From Eledone cirrhosa (Eukaryota): a DNA stretch of 64,000 nucleotides. The position numbers and the translations under genes were made by a program. Below, in pieces: positions 1 through 14,022 of the stretch. The notes beneath the pieces were generated by a model that saw nothing but the letters and a program-made list of their open reading frames with translations, did no database searches and was not told the origin of the DNA. The stretch covers positions 29,698,001 through 29,762,000 of the forward strand of contig OZ024745.1 in assembly GCA_964016885.1 (NCBI GenBank), read 5' to 3'. The stretch's first letter is position 1; every line of letters begins with the position of its first letter.

Positions 1-1
1 A

Positions 2-848
2 AAACTCTGCAATGGTACACGCCTTGTGGTTAAAAAACTGTCTCCACTTAGTATTGACGCTACCATTCTATCCGGGTGTGGAAAAGGCGAGGATGTGATA
101 ATAACAAAAATTAGCCTGACTACATCAGGCGTGGATACTCCCTTCTCCTTTCGCTGAACCCAATTTCCCCTTCATGTTACCTTTGCGATGTCCATAAACA
201 AGTCGCAAGGTCAAACTCTGTCCGTCGCTGGAATTCACTTGGATGAACCTTGTTTTTCGCACGGACAATTCTACGTTGCCTGCTCACGAGTTGGCAGTAG
301 AGATAATCTCTTTGCGTTTGTTCCGAAAAGAAAAACAAAGAATATCGTCTATCCTCAAGTGCTTTAGTGTTAACAAAAAAACTTATTACAACTCCGACTT
401 GACTTCACCTTACTCATTACAAAACATACCAATGAATATGTCATGCAGGATATTTTGGATTATAAGTTAAAAATTTAACCATACACAGCAAAGGATGCTC
501 TCAAAGAATAGATTTTCTCTTATTCTACTCTCATTGTTTTTTTGTTTGTATACAACTCTGCTTTCATTACAACTTTTTGTACTTTAGCAAAACTACCTGT
601 TTTTTTACAGATTTGCAATGTGTATTGTCTTTAATCATTTGTATAACTACATCCTGTTCAGTGTTTTCCTTCATTATCAACATAGTTTTATGTGTACAAA
701 GATTGCACTAAATATTCGTTTGCATTAATTATTGAAGACTTCTGCTTATTTTGACAGGTTGGGGACAAATAATGTTCTTCTTTTACTTCCTAGCTGTATA
801 TTCTTAGCATAATTTCAAACTCCGAGCAACGCCGGGTAAATCTGCTAG
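2..848 (+). mobile_element. 3' part of a Helitron: inactivated PIF1-type helicase C-terminus (2-367) and 3' terminus
   Basis: Frame 2 reads KLCNGTRLVV...FR*TQFPLHVTFAMSINKSQGQTL...CFSHGQFYVACSRV...TKNIVYPQVL*, with PIF1/Helitron helicase motifs and an in-frame TGA at 155-157. It ends in the GC-rich hairpin CCGAGCAACGCCGGG followed by CTAG (845-848), then T. Confidence 0.9.
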
Positions 849-1279
849 TATAATAAAAAAAAAATATATATATTTCAGAGTTGTACATATCTAACAAGTT
901 CTTGACATTGCACTGTGTGTTGAAACTAAATTAATTATATCATTGAAGTCTTCTTTCAGATGTTAAAAAACACACAAAATTTGTTAAATTGATTTTATAT
1001 GCATCATTCATTTTTGTGATAAAGGTTTCATTGTACTCTGTGTGACCTGACCACCACTTGATGACCTAGTTCCACTGAAACAGGGCAACAACAAATTTTT
1101 ACAGCAAGAAATAAATGATAAATTTAATCTCAATTTAAGAGTTTTCTCCGCTTTCTAATATAATTCTATAACAATGTGATTGCAAAATATATGATATTCT
1201 TGCCATGCTCTTTTCCCTATCACTACATCATTGCTTCTCTTTACCAAGTTTTGGATAAAACAGTTGCCCATGTGTTTGT

Positions 1280-1860
1280 GTCAGGATGAAAAATACCCAG
1301 CCTTATTTGTAAAGTGGTAATGCTGGTGCCATGATAAAATGTGTGCAGTACACTCTGTAAAGTGATAGTGCTGGTGCATGATAAAATACACCCAGCCCAC
1401 CTTGTAAAGTGGTAGTGTTGGTTTCATGATAAAATATACCCTGCTTACTCAATAAAGTGGTAGTGCTGGTGTCACAATTAAATGTATCCACTCCACACTG
1501 TAAAGTGGTAATGCTGGTGTTATGATAAAATGTATCAAATCCACTCTGTAAAGTAGTAGTGCTGATGTCATGATAAAATACACCCAGCCAACCCTGTAAA
1601 GTACACTCTGTAGAGTTGTGCTAGTATTATGATAAAATACACCCAGTACATGCTGATGCCATGGTAAAAAGTATTCAGTTTAATCTGTAAGATGGCAGGA
1701 GTTAGGAAGGGCATCTAGCTGTAGAAACCAAGCCAAATAGAATATATCAGCTATATGTTATAATTTGACCTGTCTTGTTCCAGAATGTGGTAACCCATCT
1801 AACCAAGACCAGAATGGAACATGAGCATAAAATTGTGATGATGATGAGGGTTAAAAAGTT
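1280..1860 (+). repeat. RTE-3'UTR-derived element with a tandem array of ~46-bp units
   Basis: About 8 degenerate units of ...CACCCAG...CTGTAAAGTGGTAGTG(C/T)TGGTG.CATGATAAAA, then TTAGGAAGGGCATCTAGCTGTAGAAACC and a (GAT)n tail. The same motifs lie in the 3' UTR of the RTE at about 21350-21586. Confidence 0.7.
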
Positions 1861-2187
1861 GATGATGATGTTGATGGTAATGATGATAATGATGATGGTG
1901 ATGGTGGCAATGATGATATTGAAAGCAATGGTGGTGGTGGTGGTGGTGGTGGTGATGATGATGATGATGGTGACAATGAAAACAGTATATTTACAAAATA
2001 ATTCCATGCAAAGTCATAAATATTTGAGTCATTTATCCTCAACAAATGGCAACTTCTGGTGATTCATATTTCCTCCTCTCCAGATTGCCATACTTTGTTG
2101 TTTATCACAGACCTTCACATAATCATTTTCTTCTTTTATGCACGTATGCCTTACACACATATACATGCATACAGACACACAAAGATG

Positions 2188-2244
<57 letters not shown>

Positions 2245-2688
2245 GTATATATATATATAGATACACACACACACAAATATATATATATATATGGCGAGAG
2301 AGAGGAAAAGAAAGTACTAGACAGAAAGAGGCATATATATATATATATGGTTGTGTATGCCCTTATTTGTAGCTAATATTCAGGAGAGAGTGATAGCCGC
2401 AGGCCAAATTTGGTGCACCAACAAACCACAAGTGTTAGGTTACTCAGAAGGAACTAGAATGAAACATACAGCGGAGACAAAATGGCTGTGAAATTTACCT
2501 GAGGTTGACAGTGTCTAGGTTAATTACAGGTGTAAAGTATAAGAATCATCTGGTATTTTGGTACACATACCATCTACCCAGCCATAAGACCCAAATACAT
2601 CTAGGTTGCATGTTTTTGTTGGTTATCTTAATTTTTGTGAGAAATTCTTCAAATGATGGCAACCAACAAAGACAGACTGACTCTTGCA

Positions 2689-2689
2689 T

Positions 2690-2750
<61 letters not shown>

Positions 2751-2827
2751 TAGACAGATAGATAGATAGACAGATAGATAGACAGACAGACAGACATACA
2801 GACAGATAGACAGATAGATAGATAGAC

Positions 2828-2866
<39 letters not shown>

Positions 2867-2887
2867 TAGACAGATAGATAGATAGAC

Positions 2888-2926
<39 letters not shown>

Positions 2927-2984
2927 TAGACAGATAGATAGATAGACAGATAGATAGACAGACTGATAGATAGACAGACAGACA
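2689..2984. repeat. (GACA/GATA)n microsatellite flanking the 3' end of the Tx1-like element
   Basis: Direct inspection. Confidence 0.95.
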
Positions 2985-5900
2985 AATTTCTGTTTATTTG
3001 CCATGAGGACGCAAAAGAAAGGGACATGTACATGGAGGGGGGGGGGGGTTACATATAAATCGAGTAAGAAAAATGTAATAAATAAAATTGTAACAAGAAG
3101 GTCCTCAATAGGGAGGGATCGTTTTGGGGTCACACACACCCCCGAAAAAAAATGTGCGACCCTTCTCTACGGGAGCACAAAGAGAGGGTGCTCCCTTCTT
3201 CTTGTTCCACCTACAGGCTGAGGTAGAGAGAAGGCCCATTCACACGGGCCATTCTCGCAACTTTCACCCACCTTTCATAAAACTGGCTGGAGTGGAGCAC
3301 CTCTCTCTCCATCCTGATCCTTCTTCTGAAATGGTATCGGAAGAAAAGAACCAGTTGTTGGCCGGAGAGAAAGGTGTCCGACCTCAGCCCTTTTAGACGC
3401 GTCCACCATATAACCTCTTTTACCATGGCTATTACACAGAGGAAGACCGCCTCTCCTTCATTTTTGAAGGGGGGATGCGGCTTGATCGTTACAATGGACT
3501 CGGTGGTCAACCTAATTGGTCCCACCCGTGACAGCAGTTGTTCGACATAGCCCCACAGATCGGTAACGCCCGGGCAGTGCACCAATGCGTGCGCGACGGT
3601 TTCCTGGTTACCTGGATGCGGTTTTAGCGGCGGCTGGTTTCGCACCCTATCGAAAGCTTTAGACTGATCTAAATTTATCAGGGCCACTCAAAAAAAGCCG
3701 GGTTCGTTCCCAACCCTCTCTATGATGTATCGCATGAGGTCGAGGTTGTCGTGGATGGACCTGGACAGGATAGCGCATGTCTGCGCATCTCCCACCAGGC
3801 CCCCCCCCCCCCCCACGACAAGCGCCAACCTCTTTGCTAACACCTTGGCCAAAATCTTTAACTCTGCATTTAGCAGAGTTATGGGCCTAAAATTACTAAT
3901 GTCATCCCCCTTGTTCTCGTCCTTCCTCACTAGCGAGACTACGCCCTTGGTCACAGAACAGGGAATTCTCCCGTTCTGTTGCCAGTTACAGTAGACCACC
4001 TTGAGGAGATCTGGGAACAAGTCCGGCATATTAATATATAGTTCGTAGGGCAGACAATCGAGGCCTGGAGATTTGCGTTTGCCGCATAGGCTTAGCACGT
4101 CCCCTATTTCAGCAGCTGAGATCGGCCCGTCGCAGGACCTCACCTCCTCGTCCGAAAGACACGGCAGGCCGTCGAGGTATGGACCAAAATCCACATCCCA
4201 ACCGCCTCCCCGCCCCTCCCGAACAATCGGGCAAAGTGCCTTTGAAAGGCCTCGCACATTTGCTTAGGTTCAAGGATCACCCATCCATCCTGGTCTCGCA
4301 AAAACCGGATAGTGGATCTAATCCCACTTTTGGCTTCTGTCATGCGGGCCCAGCTAACAGCTTTGGTCCCCTCGTTTCCCAGAGCACGTATTTTGTTTCC
4401 CACCATGAGCATTTCTGGACAACTTAAAAAGTCACTATCCTTAATTCTAACTAAGAACCTATCTAGGTACGATCAAGATTGACCGCTATGGTTTGTCCAA
4501 GTCCAGGTTAGCACAGTCGGAAAATCTAGTCGATATCTATCGGCCAGGTCAAATCGGCCGATTAACCCCTTGAGGTTGTTACACCCCCCTCTATCGGGAT
4601 ATGCCCCTACATAGTCCCAACGTACATCTAGGATATCATTCCAGTCCCCCACTAAAAGCAAGGAGCGGGACGTCCCTAGAAAAGTCTCCAAACGATGGAA
4701 GAAGTCCGACCGCATTGCCCCAAAAGGGGCGTAAACGGCGACAAGCCTAAAAGCTTCGCCTTCACCACTGCCAAGGTCCAGAACCACCAGTCGACCCTCC
4801 GGGTCCAAGTGTACCGTCTGTGTAGCGAGACCCAGATGTTTTTGCAGCAGAACGACAACCCCATCCCCACCTCCGGGCTGACAGAGAGATGCGTGCATCT
4901 CAAAGTCATCAAAGGTGGGGGCTAGTTGTCGCACGCTGCTAATCCGGGCCTCGCAAATAACCATCACATTTATACATCGTGACCTGAGGTCATTTAGAAG
5001 TTTAGCTTGCTTCCAAGGTGAGCCCAGGCCACGCGCATTTAGACAACCTACTCTTAACACAGCCATGTTGGTGGTAAAGAAAGAGGCACTTACCTCTCTG
5101 CGTCCCGGGGTCCGGGCTGTTCAGTTTCCATAGGGGTGGTGGAGGGGTTTTGGGGTGGGGTGGTGGTTTGTGGTGGTGCGAGGGTATTAGTGTGTGGAGG
5201 GGTTGGGGTGTTTGGAATTGTGTGGGTCTTTGAGGAGGAGAGGGGAAAACCTTTCAGGAGGACGCGGTTGAGTGGCCTGGTGCAGGGTGGCCCCACGTCC
5301 TCAGGGTAAATGTTTTTCAATGTTTTAAAAATGTCAAGTGGGACTTTCCCCATTTTCAGGTTAGGGAGTCCCGTTGCCATTGTAAAATTCGGCCCTTCGG
5401 TTTGTACCGAAGGGTTGTTGTTTATTTTGTCTGTGTTGTGTTTGTTTTTGTTTGTTGTTCTTGAGTCAGCTTGCGTTTTGTTGTCTGTATTGTGTTGTCA
5501 GGTGAGGTTATTTTTGTTTGTGTGGTGTGTGTACTTTTTTTTTTTTTGACTTTTTGGAAGGGAGCCCCCTCGTCTTCCGAGGATATCAGCTCCTCTTCCG
5601 TATTGGAGGGGAGGGGTATATTGCCAGGTTGTGTTTGCACTGCGTGTGATTTTGTATTTGTGTTCTGTGGGGAGGGGCTGGGTGGGACCGTGTTTTGGGT
5701 TGTTTTCTTGAGCTGTTGTTGTTGATGTTGTTGTTGTGGTGGTTGTGGTGGTGTTATTGTTTGTGGTGTTTGTAATAAAGGTTTCTTTTTTATCAGTTGA
5801 GGGCATGCAACCCTCAGGTGACCTCTGCTTGTGCAGTGGTAACACGCGGGTCGCCTACCCTCAACTGAAATGTTTATGTAGGTCTCTCCATCTAAACGAA

Positions 5901-6720
5901 TTCTCTGTGGGATCTTCGCTATCCTTTCTGGGCTCATCTGCACCAGAAGTTCTACGCTGGTCCCACTAAAGACCTCTCTGGGGGACTTTCCAACCGAGAT
6001 TATAATGTCTTGGTCAAGGTCTAAAACGCCACAAAGTAGCCACCAAGTGTCTACTTTGGGTCTTATGCAGGTGAATTTTATTTTTTGAGACCTTCTTCCC
6101 ATGTAAGACGGGAAAAAGGTGAAGTGGGTGGATACAGTGGGCGCAATGGTATGTTTTTGCGCCGTTTCTTGATCCTTCATAAGCACCGAGATGCTACCGA
6201 AGAGTTTTCCTTTTTGGATGAACAAAATGTTTTCCATTTGGTTCCTTAAAGCCAGCTCTATCTCACTCTGAGACGGTTGTACTGGTTTTTTTGTCGCATT
6301 CGAGATTGTCCTGAACACCACCGTGCACGTGGCAATTTCTCTTTTTATTTCTTCTGGGGAATTAATGCTGAATGAACCATCGGGTTCGAAAGTCACATAC
6401 CTTTTTGCTTCTTCCAACTTTTGCTTTGCGTTGGTTAAATCAAAAGGTGCTTTCAATTTTCCTCGAAGATTTTTTTTTCTTTGGGGAGGGTGGTACCATG
6501 ACTTGTATTAATGCCGTCCATTACTACAAGCCGAGTTCACAAAAATGCAAGATGAAAACTTTCACCCCAAAAAGGGGCGAAAACAATAATAACCCCAACG
6601 TCTGCAGGCCCAAATGAGGGGTTAAACTATATTACAATAGAAAAATAATCTCAAAACTCACTCTTTACAAGGTAAAACCAATGTAAAACACAGAGCTCGT
6701 TAATACACGTCTACCTCCGT
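2985..6720 (-). mobile_element. Tx1/L1-clade non-LTR retrotransposon, full-span but internally deleted and frameshifted
   Basis: ORF1 (5422-6456) has a CCHC knuckle CYHCTSRGHLRVAC. An APE endonuclease (4473-5066) has GCLNARGL, VYAP and GDWNDILD. The RT N-part (3688-4257) has KSPGLDCLPYELY and NFRPITLLNAELKILAKVLAKRL. After LDQSKAFDRV the sequence jumps to the C-terminal ETVAHALVHC region, so the RT core is deleted. AATAAA precedes the tetranucleotide repeat. Confidence 0.9.
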
Positions 6721-6721
6721 C

Positions 6722-6840
6722 GACAGATAGACAGACGGACAGATAGACAGACAGACAGATAGATAGACAGACAGACAGATAGATAATAGACAGACATACA
6801 GATAGACAGGCAGATAGACAGACAGACATATAGATAGACT
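6722..6840. repeat. (GACA/GATA)n microsatellite flanking the 5' end of the Tx1-like element
   Basis: Direct inspection. Confidence 0.95.
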
Positions 6841-6863
6841 CACACACACACATATATATATAA

Positions 6864-7235
6864 GTATGCTCCGTTGAATGTGCAATGTGAACGACCAAGC
6901 ATAGACGAGTTGAGAAAGAAAGTATGTATAAGAGGGATAAGTTGTGGTGTGCAGGAGAGAAGACTGAGATGGTATGGACATGTGATGCGCATGGAGGATG
7001 ACCGATGGGTGAAGAAGTGCGAGAAAGTCCCAGTGGAGGGAAGACGCAGTAGAGGTAGACCACGAAAAACATGGCTGGAGGTGGTGAGAGCAGACCTCAG
7101 ATCGCTGAAACTCACGGAGGAGATGACGAAGGACCGTGACGGGTGGAGAGATGCTGTGCTGAATAGGACCCATCCAACCCTTGCAAGCAGGGAAAAGCGG
7201 ACGTAAAATGATGGTGATGATGATGATGATGATGA

Positions 7236-7238
<3 letters not shown>
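6864..7238 (+). mobile_element. RTE-clade LINE 3' fragment
   Basis: [14 protein letters not shown]...GRRSRGRPRKTW translation and a (GAT)n tail. Confidence 0.88.
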
Positions 7239-7670
<432 letters not shown>

Positions 7671-8089
7671 AAGAGAGAGAGAAAGAGGGGAAAGAGAGAA
7701 GTAGGTAGATAGATAGATAGAGAGATAGATAGATTGATAGATAAATAGAGACAGATGGATAGAAAGCTTGATAGATACATATACAAATATGTACATACAT
7801 ACAGTCCAGATGTGTGAAAACAACATACAAAAGCATAAACCTTTTGATTTATGTGTCAGCTAAGGTAAACAGCTGGAGCCATACAATCAAATATAAGTAA
7901 AAGGACTGAACCAGCTGGCTTCAAACCTTAATAAAATTTTATTCTAGTGAATAAGTATCTCATAGATTATTGTAATTATGAAATATAACACACCCACACA
8001 CAAAAATAAAAAAAAATAATTCCGCACAACACCAGCAAAACACTAGAGAGGTGATTTGAAGATAAAGGAATTTAAAACCCTAAACTCCA

Positions 8090-8900
8090 AACTGCATAAA
8101 CTGAAACAAGAATTCACAGCCACAACTGAAAAGCTAATATATATATATAAATGTCAAATGCTGGATAGATTATGCCATAGATCCCAAATTAGTTTATCAT
8201 AGCTTCAGTGAGAAAGGTTTAATCTCTGTAAAAGACACCCCTACAAACAATCAGGTTGAGAGATATTTTGGGGATGTGTATGGGAAACAAATGATGAGTT
8301 CAACATACAAGCTGTATTTCTAGAATAATTAGAGCAGGACTAATGCCTGCATGTTCAACAAAAGCAATATGAAATAGATGATGCAATACTGGAAAGAGCC
8401 CTCCAGAAGGTGTTGATTAGGAAATCCCTAGGCCCAGACCTCATAACAGATTATTGGCTGAAGAATTTCATTTTTTATCACTGAGATTTCAATTATTTAG
8501 AGAAAGTATCACAGGCAATAGCTTGTCAGTACTGCTCTTCATCTTCTCTTTAAAGCCACTTCCTATCACCAAGTGCTATCAATCCTCGATCAAAATAAGA
8601 AAAATAGACCAGTTCACTAAGATGGTTGTACATGGGTACTTGAGACACTAAAAACTTGACATGGAGTTCTGACAAATTCATAGCATTCCCCTTTGTAGGA
8701 TACATTCAGGCAATCCAGGAACAAGAAATCCCCACCAAGTACCTACTGCACAAAAGAGGACAGTCATCAGCTGACAAATAAATATAGGTTGTGTAAAACA
8801 GGGTCCAAGAAAGTTGGTCATATTGTTTTCAACTGTGAGAGAGTGTCTTCTTATTGCTGCCATTCTGTAAGACATAATGCATTGGCTGGAACAATCTGGA
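8090..8900 (+). mobile_element. Highly degraded R4/Dong-type (RLE) non-LTR fragments
   Basis: Broken frames read KSLGPDLITDYWLKNF (about 8420-8470) and HIVFNC...RHNALAGTIW (about 8820-8900). Confidence 0.55.
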
Positions 8901-8909
8901 ATACATTAC

Positions 8910-9365
8910 ATCATCATCACCATCACCATTTAACGTCTATTTTCCATGCTTGCCTGTTTTTGATAGGATTGTCATATTATGAGGCTAGCCAGATCAGGTG
9001 ACCATGTCATACTGATCTGCTTTTAATTTTGTTTTCTGTGGTTAGAGGCCCTTCCTAATACCAACCACATTACAGCATGTACTGGAAGCTTTTCTGTTAT
9101 GGCACCAGGACTATCACCTTACAGGATGGATTGGGTGATTTTTTGTTGTGGCACCATCAGAACCACTTTACATGGCGAATTGGGTGCTTTTCATCGTAGC
9201 ACCAGAATGTTCATCTAACAGACTGGAGTGGCTGCTTTTTTGTCATATCACCAACATAACCATCTTCAGGGTCTACAAGAAGTGTTTAAATGGTGCCAGC
9301 ACTACCACTTTATAGGGTGGACTGGGTACTTTTTTGTTGAGGCACCAGTATGACTACCTTACACT
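8910..9365 (-). repeat. RTE-3'UTR-derived element with ~46-bp tandem units
   Basis: Reverse complement of the same unit, CCTTCCTAA motif and a (CAT)n tail. Confidence 0.65.
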
Positions 9366-10082
9366 AAATATAACAAATATATTGGGACTAATAACTTGAG
9401 AGAATATTGATGGAATAGGTCGAGAGGGATAGAGCACCTCCATGCTGGAACACAGCCAGCTGCCAGCCTGATGTTGTTGGTTGGGGCAACTTAAACATAT
9501 GCTCTGTTGTATAAGTCAGCTGCCCACTCAATGACAATGTAGTAAGAAAGATACAAGAGGAGGGGATACCTATAGAACAGTGGTGAGGAGTTTGCAGATC
9601 CAGTATCTAAAATACATGTTCAGCTTCCTATTCAGACCTGCCTAGACCAAAGTATGACTGAATTTGGATTCTTTGAGAAAGAATGAAGCTCCTTAATTCA
9701 TAAACAACAAATTGCCGTGATATCTAGAATCTTCAAAATCTGTAAAACATTCAAGGTATGACAGAAATTTCCTTTTCTCGACAACTTAGCCACCAGAGAA
9801 GGTGTCCAGTCAAAAGTAAACTCAAGATTAAGAGAAAGAGACATATATGTATATATGTGGAAGTAATTATGAATGCATGTTAATATATCTGTACATGTGT
9901 ACTTGTACATAACCCTAGGTGAACACGTATAAAGAACTACACATGTTTGCAAGTATGATTATACAAACATGGACAGTGAATCATTATCTTTAAATACTCT
10001 AATGCATGAACTAGATAATGATGAATCATATGCTCTTCAATTGACATCTGAATTAATTATTAATACAATGAATAGTGTACCA

Positions 10083-10476
10083 TCTTTATATATATAAAAG
10101 CGAGGATGTGTGTGTGTCTGTGTACAACTTTGGATACCTAAGGCTTTTACAATTACCAATCGAATTTGACCAAATTGTCTGTGCACGTTGCACAGGTCGC
10201 TAAGATGGTCACATCACAAAAATCTTTCAAATCGACCCACGTTGAGCAATAAAAAATCGATATCAAAATTATCGGTAGCAAAATTGATGTAAGGGAGATA
10301 ACCAACTTTATTGAAAATCCTTATAAAAAAGGGAGATAACCAACTTTATTGACAATCCTTATAAAGAAACTGCTTATTTTGACAGGTTGGGGACAAATAA
10401 TGTTCTTCTTTTACTTCCTAGCTGTATATTCTTAGCATAATTTCAAACCCCGAGCAACGCCGAGTAAATCTGCTAG
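10083..10476 (+). mobile_element. Non-autonomous Helitron (about 394 bp)
   Basis: 5' TC follows A. The 3' end has the hairpin CCCGAGCAACGCCGAG and CTAG before T. The last ~105 bp are nearly identical to 742-848. There is an internal duplication of AAGGGAGATAACCAACTTTATTGA.AATCCTTATAAA. Confidence 0.88.
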
Positions 10477-10575
10477 TTATCTTTATTTCTAGAATATTTA
10501 CTGTATTATTATTATTATTTGAAACTTCCTTTGGATTCTGCTTCTTTCCCAAATCATGCCGTGTCAACTTGACAC

Positions 10576-10985
10576 ATGAGGCACATGCACAGGTCATTTC
10601 TTTCCAATCTACTCAAGTCTTCTGCACACGACATCCAGGTCTCACTACCATGCAACATTGCTGTTCGTATGCACGCATCATACAGTCTGCCTTTCATTTT
10701 GAGGGAAAACCCTTTTGTAGCTAGCAGTGGTAGTAGCTCCCTGAACTTCTATTGCATTCTCACTCAGAATACTGTACTTTCAAATCACCCACCTCCACTG
10801 CTAATTTGGTCACCCAGGTAGCAGAAGATGTCTACTGCTACTACCGAACCTTCCCAGTATTTGATAGCACTTGTTTCCTGTGGTTGTTTGCTGCTTACTG
10901 CCCAGGTGCAACGGCTACTTGTAAAACCTACATTCTTAACTAAACTCCCAAGATCCCACTACATCTCTTGTGTACCCATAGTTTG
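10576..10985 (-). mobile_element. RTE LINE internal fragment
   Basis: Reverse-complement similarity to 20480-20900 ([37 protein letters not shown]). Confidence 0.85.
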
Positions 10986-11629
10986 CATTTATATATCATC
11001 ATCATCATCATCATCATTTACTGTTCACTTTCCCTGTTAACAAGAGTTGGTTGGGTCTATATATCAACAGATGATAAATGATGATGATGATGAAAATTCT
11101 GCTTTTTAGTCAAATGTCTGGCCTTAGCTTATTTCAATTTTTATTGAAATTTTTCACTGTACTAATATATATTGTTGACAACAAGTCTTGGAGCTTTCCA
11201 CACACACACACATACACACACACGCTTATTTTGGTTGATGCCTAAAGTAAATTCCAATGATGGAATGTTGAATCTTATCTGGAAACGAGTTTCTTGTTTA
11301 TAGAAAGAACGCAAACTTTTTCTCACACACATATACCCCACTGCTACCTATGCGGTATGTGTGTGTAAGTGTGTGTGTATGCGTGTATGTGTGCTTTGTG
11401 TGTCATTGTAAATCTGTACCTTACTTACTCTACAAGTATTACAGTGTGCCCTGCAATTTTCGTTGCATTCAGGGACCTTTATCAGTAACCCAACGCCAAT
11501 ACACCAAGAAAGCTCAGCAACTGCCACTGGTGACGTCATCAGTGACAGCGATTCTAGCAGACGATCATAATGAAAGGGATTAGGAGCAGGAGAGAAACAA
11601 TGAGACAGTATCCACAAGTAATTATTACC

Positions 11630-11860
11630 ACCACCACTACCACCATCACCACCAACAACAACACCACCATGGCCACCGCCATAACCAATGCCGCCACTAA
11701 CGTCGCCATTACCATCCCTAACGGCACGGCCACTACCACCACCATCACCACCAACAACAACACCACCATGGCCACCGCCATAACCAATGCCGCCACTAAC
11801 GTCGCCATTACCATCCCTAACGGCACGGCCACTACCACCACCATCAACACCAACAACACC
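11630..11860. repeat. 99-bp tandem duplication within an (ACC/AAC)n low-complexity tract
   Basis: ATGGCCACCGCCATAACCAATG occurs at 11669 and 11768. Confidence 0.85.
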
Positions 11861-13184
11861 ACTACCACCAACATCATCACTACCACCACCGTCACACCAC
11901 CACCCCTACCAACAACAACAATGACTTAGTGTACGAATGCCCCCCCCCCCTATTAATTATATTTTTCTCCCCAAACTACCTAAACACACATCTATGTGTA
12001 TATGCGCTACAATTTATGTACATGTTATGTTTATCGAATATGGAAGTTTTTTTATATCTTTGATACGGCAAGATATATTTCGTTGCATTTGATATTTGAT
12101 AATAACAGTGTAATATATTATGTTAACCTTCATAGTAAATATTTTTGTCATGTCATAACTTTTTCTACATATATCACTATTTGCCAATTGCTAGTATGTG
12201 TATTCAGAGGTAATTTTGCTATAATCACTTTATAATTATTGAAAACAGTAAATGTAATATGACCTGCTTGGATTCAAATTACATTTTCTGACAATTTTAG
12301 AGTGCAAAAAGCTAAATTAATCATCACAACTAAATTGACCAAATATAGCACTCCCAATTCAGAAATGTTGCCACCGCCCCTGTATAAGGGTGGGGATGTA
12401 AGTGAGAAAGCACCGATGGAGGTGAATAAATTATAATTGTGTGTGTGGTGGTATGTGTGAGTGTGTGGTCAGGGTATGAAGATAGTTGGTGTGCGTTGGA
12501 CCATGTCTTTATTTGAGAGTTTATTGTATGAGAGTGTGTGTGTCTCTGTGTAATGGTGCTTACCGTATTCTTCCGTGTATTGTGCGCATTCGTGTATAAT
12601 GCGTACCCCTTTTTGACAAAAAAAATGTCTGGAAAAGCCTTCATTGCACACCAAGATACACAAATAATGGCGGGATATTTATCAATTGAGGACATAAAAA
12701 CACAGAATAAACACACACATAGCTTTGTACAAACTGTGGAATACACAGAAATTTCAGAAATAGATGAAACCACACACATACAGTATCAGTAAAACTTTAT
12801 TCAAACATTTTATAACATAATATTGTATAAGAAAAGGTACGATTGAAGTAAAAAAGTACTGTGTTGGTTGATTCTTGATACAGTTTCCTGTCATCTGCTT
12901 GCTGCTTTCTCGGGAACAGGTCTGGAAAAAACAAAAAGCTGGAAACATCTAGTTATAGTGTATACTGTGCACCCCAAAAACGAACAAGGAAAAAAGTGTA
13001 TTAAAAAATGCATAATATACAGGGAAGATCAACATATGAAGTTGATAGCTGACTGATGATCAACGTGTAAAGTTAATAGCTGTGTGGGTGAAGTTTGACA
13101 GGTTTGGGTGTGAAAGAAAGATAGAATGGTCTGTTGAAACCTGATGTGAAACAACGGTTACGATATTTATAATATATATATAAC

Positions 13185-13365
13185 AATTGTTTCTACTTCT
13201 GGCACAAAGCCAGCAATCATCCTAGTACGTTACTGATACTTTATTTTATCTACCCCGTAAGGATGAAAGGAAAAGTTAACATCGGCGGGATTGAACTCAG
13301 ACCGTAAAGAGCCGTAACTCTATGCTGCAAAGCATGGCGTCCGACCCTCTACCGATACTGCCATA
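13185..13365 (-). mobile_element. tRNA-derived SINE family 1; other copies at about 17480-17640(-), 18543-18705(+), 25215-25345(+), 25725-25945(+), 53745-53925(-), 54370-54560(-), 56840-57010(+), 59965-60130(+), 61250-61570(+)
   Basis: Shared B-box-like GAGTTCAAATCC followed by GCCGAGGT.AACTTTGCCTTTCATCC...GGGGTCGATAAAATAAAGTACCAGT. Confidence 0.8.
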
Positions 13366-13727
13366 ATAATAATAATTAATTCTTATACTGTCATCATGAT
13401 CATCTGCATCATTACCTTCCTCTTATCTATCATCGTCATTATCAACATCATCCTCACTACCATCAATCCCACCACTGCCACCACCATCCTCATCACATCA
13501 CCACCATCAACACCACTACTACCGCCACCACCAGCCACCCCCAACACTATCACCCTATCAACATTACCGCCGCCACCACCACTATAACCACCACCAACAT
13601 CAACCTGTAGAAAGTCCCACAACACACGATTGCCATCAATAATTCGGAGGTTTAAAGTTAATGCAAGGGGGTTAACTCTCATCACTAAATCTTTAATTAT
13701 TGCAATTAAATGTTTTCTATGTGACAA

Positions 13728-13773
13728 ATGGCTGCGATTGATAAAGTCAGGATTCTTGTTATCGGAGATTCAG
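13728..13773 (+). CDS. RABL3: Rab-like protein 3, coding exon 1 (MAAIDKVRILVIGDS/G)
   Basis: Matches the RABL3 N-terminus (human MASLDRVKVLVLGDSG). G|gtgaaa donor, phase 1. Confidence 0.9.
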
Positions 13774-13959
13774 GTGAAATACTTATCATTTACTACAGAT
13801 TCTTTGGCAATCCTTCGTTTTAGGTGCACAGACAATTTCCAACGAGTTTTCGTGAGTGAAAAATAACAATTATTGTTTACTTAAATTTACAACATAATCG
13901 CTATCAACATCTTCGAAAATGTAACTCTGCAAAATATACATTAAGGAAGTAATGCATGT

Positions 13960-14022
<63 letters not shown>

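Noticed and set aside
2-367. Host PIF1 gene
   Set aside because: It has an in-frame stop, no introns, and a Helitron 3' hairpin with CTAG downstream.
1280-1740. Regularly spaced repeats as a CRISPR array
   Set aside because: The units are degenerate tandem copies with no unique spacers, there are no cas genes, the context is eukaryotic, and the unit derives from the RTE 3' UTR.
13640-13930. Degenerate GIY-YIG fragment on the minus strand
   Set aside because: Better explained by RABL3 exon 1 on the plus strand.
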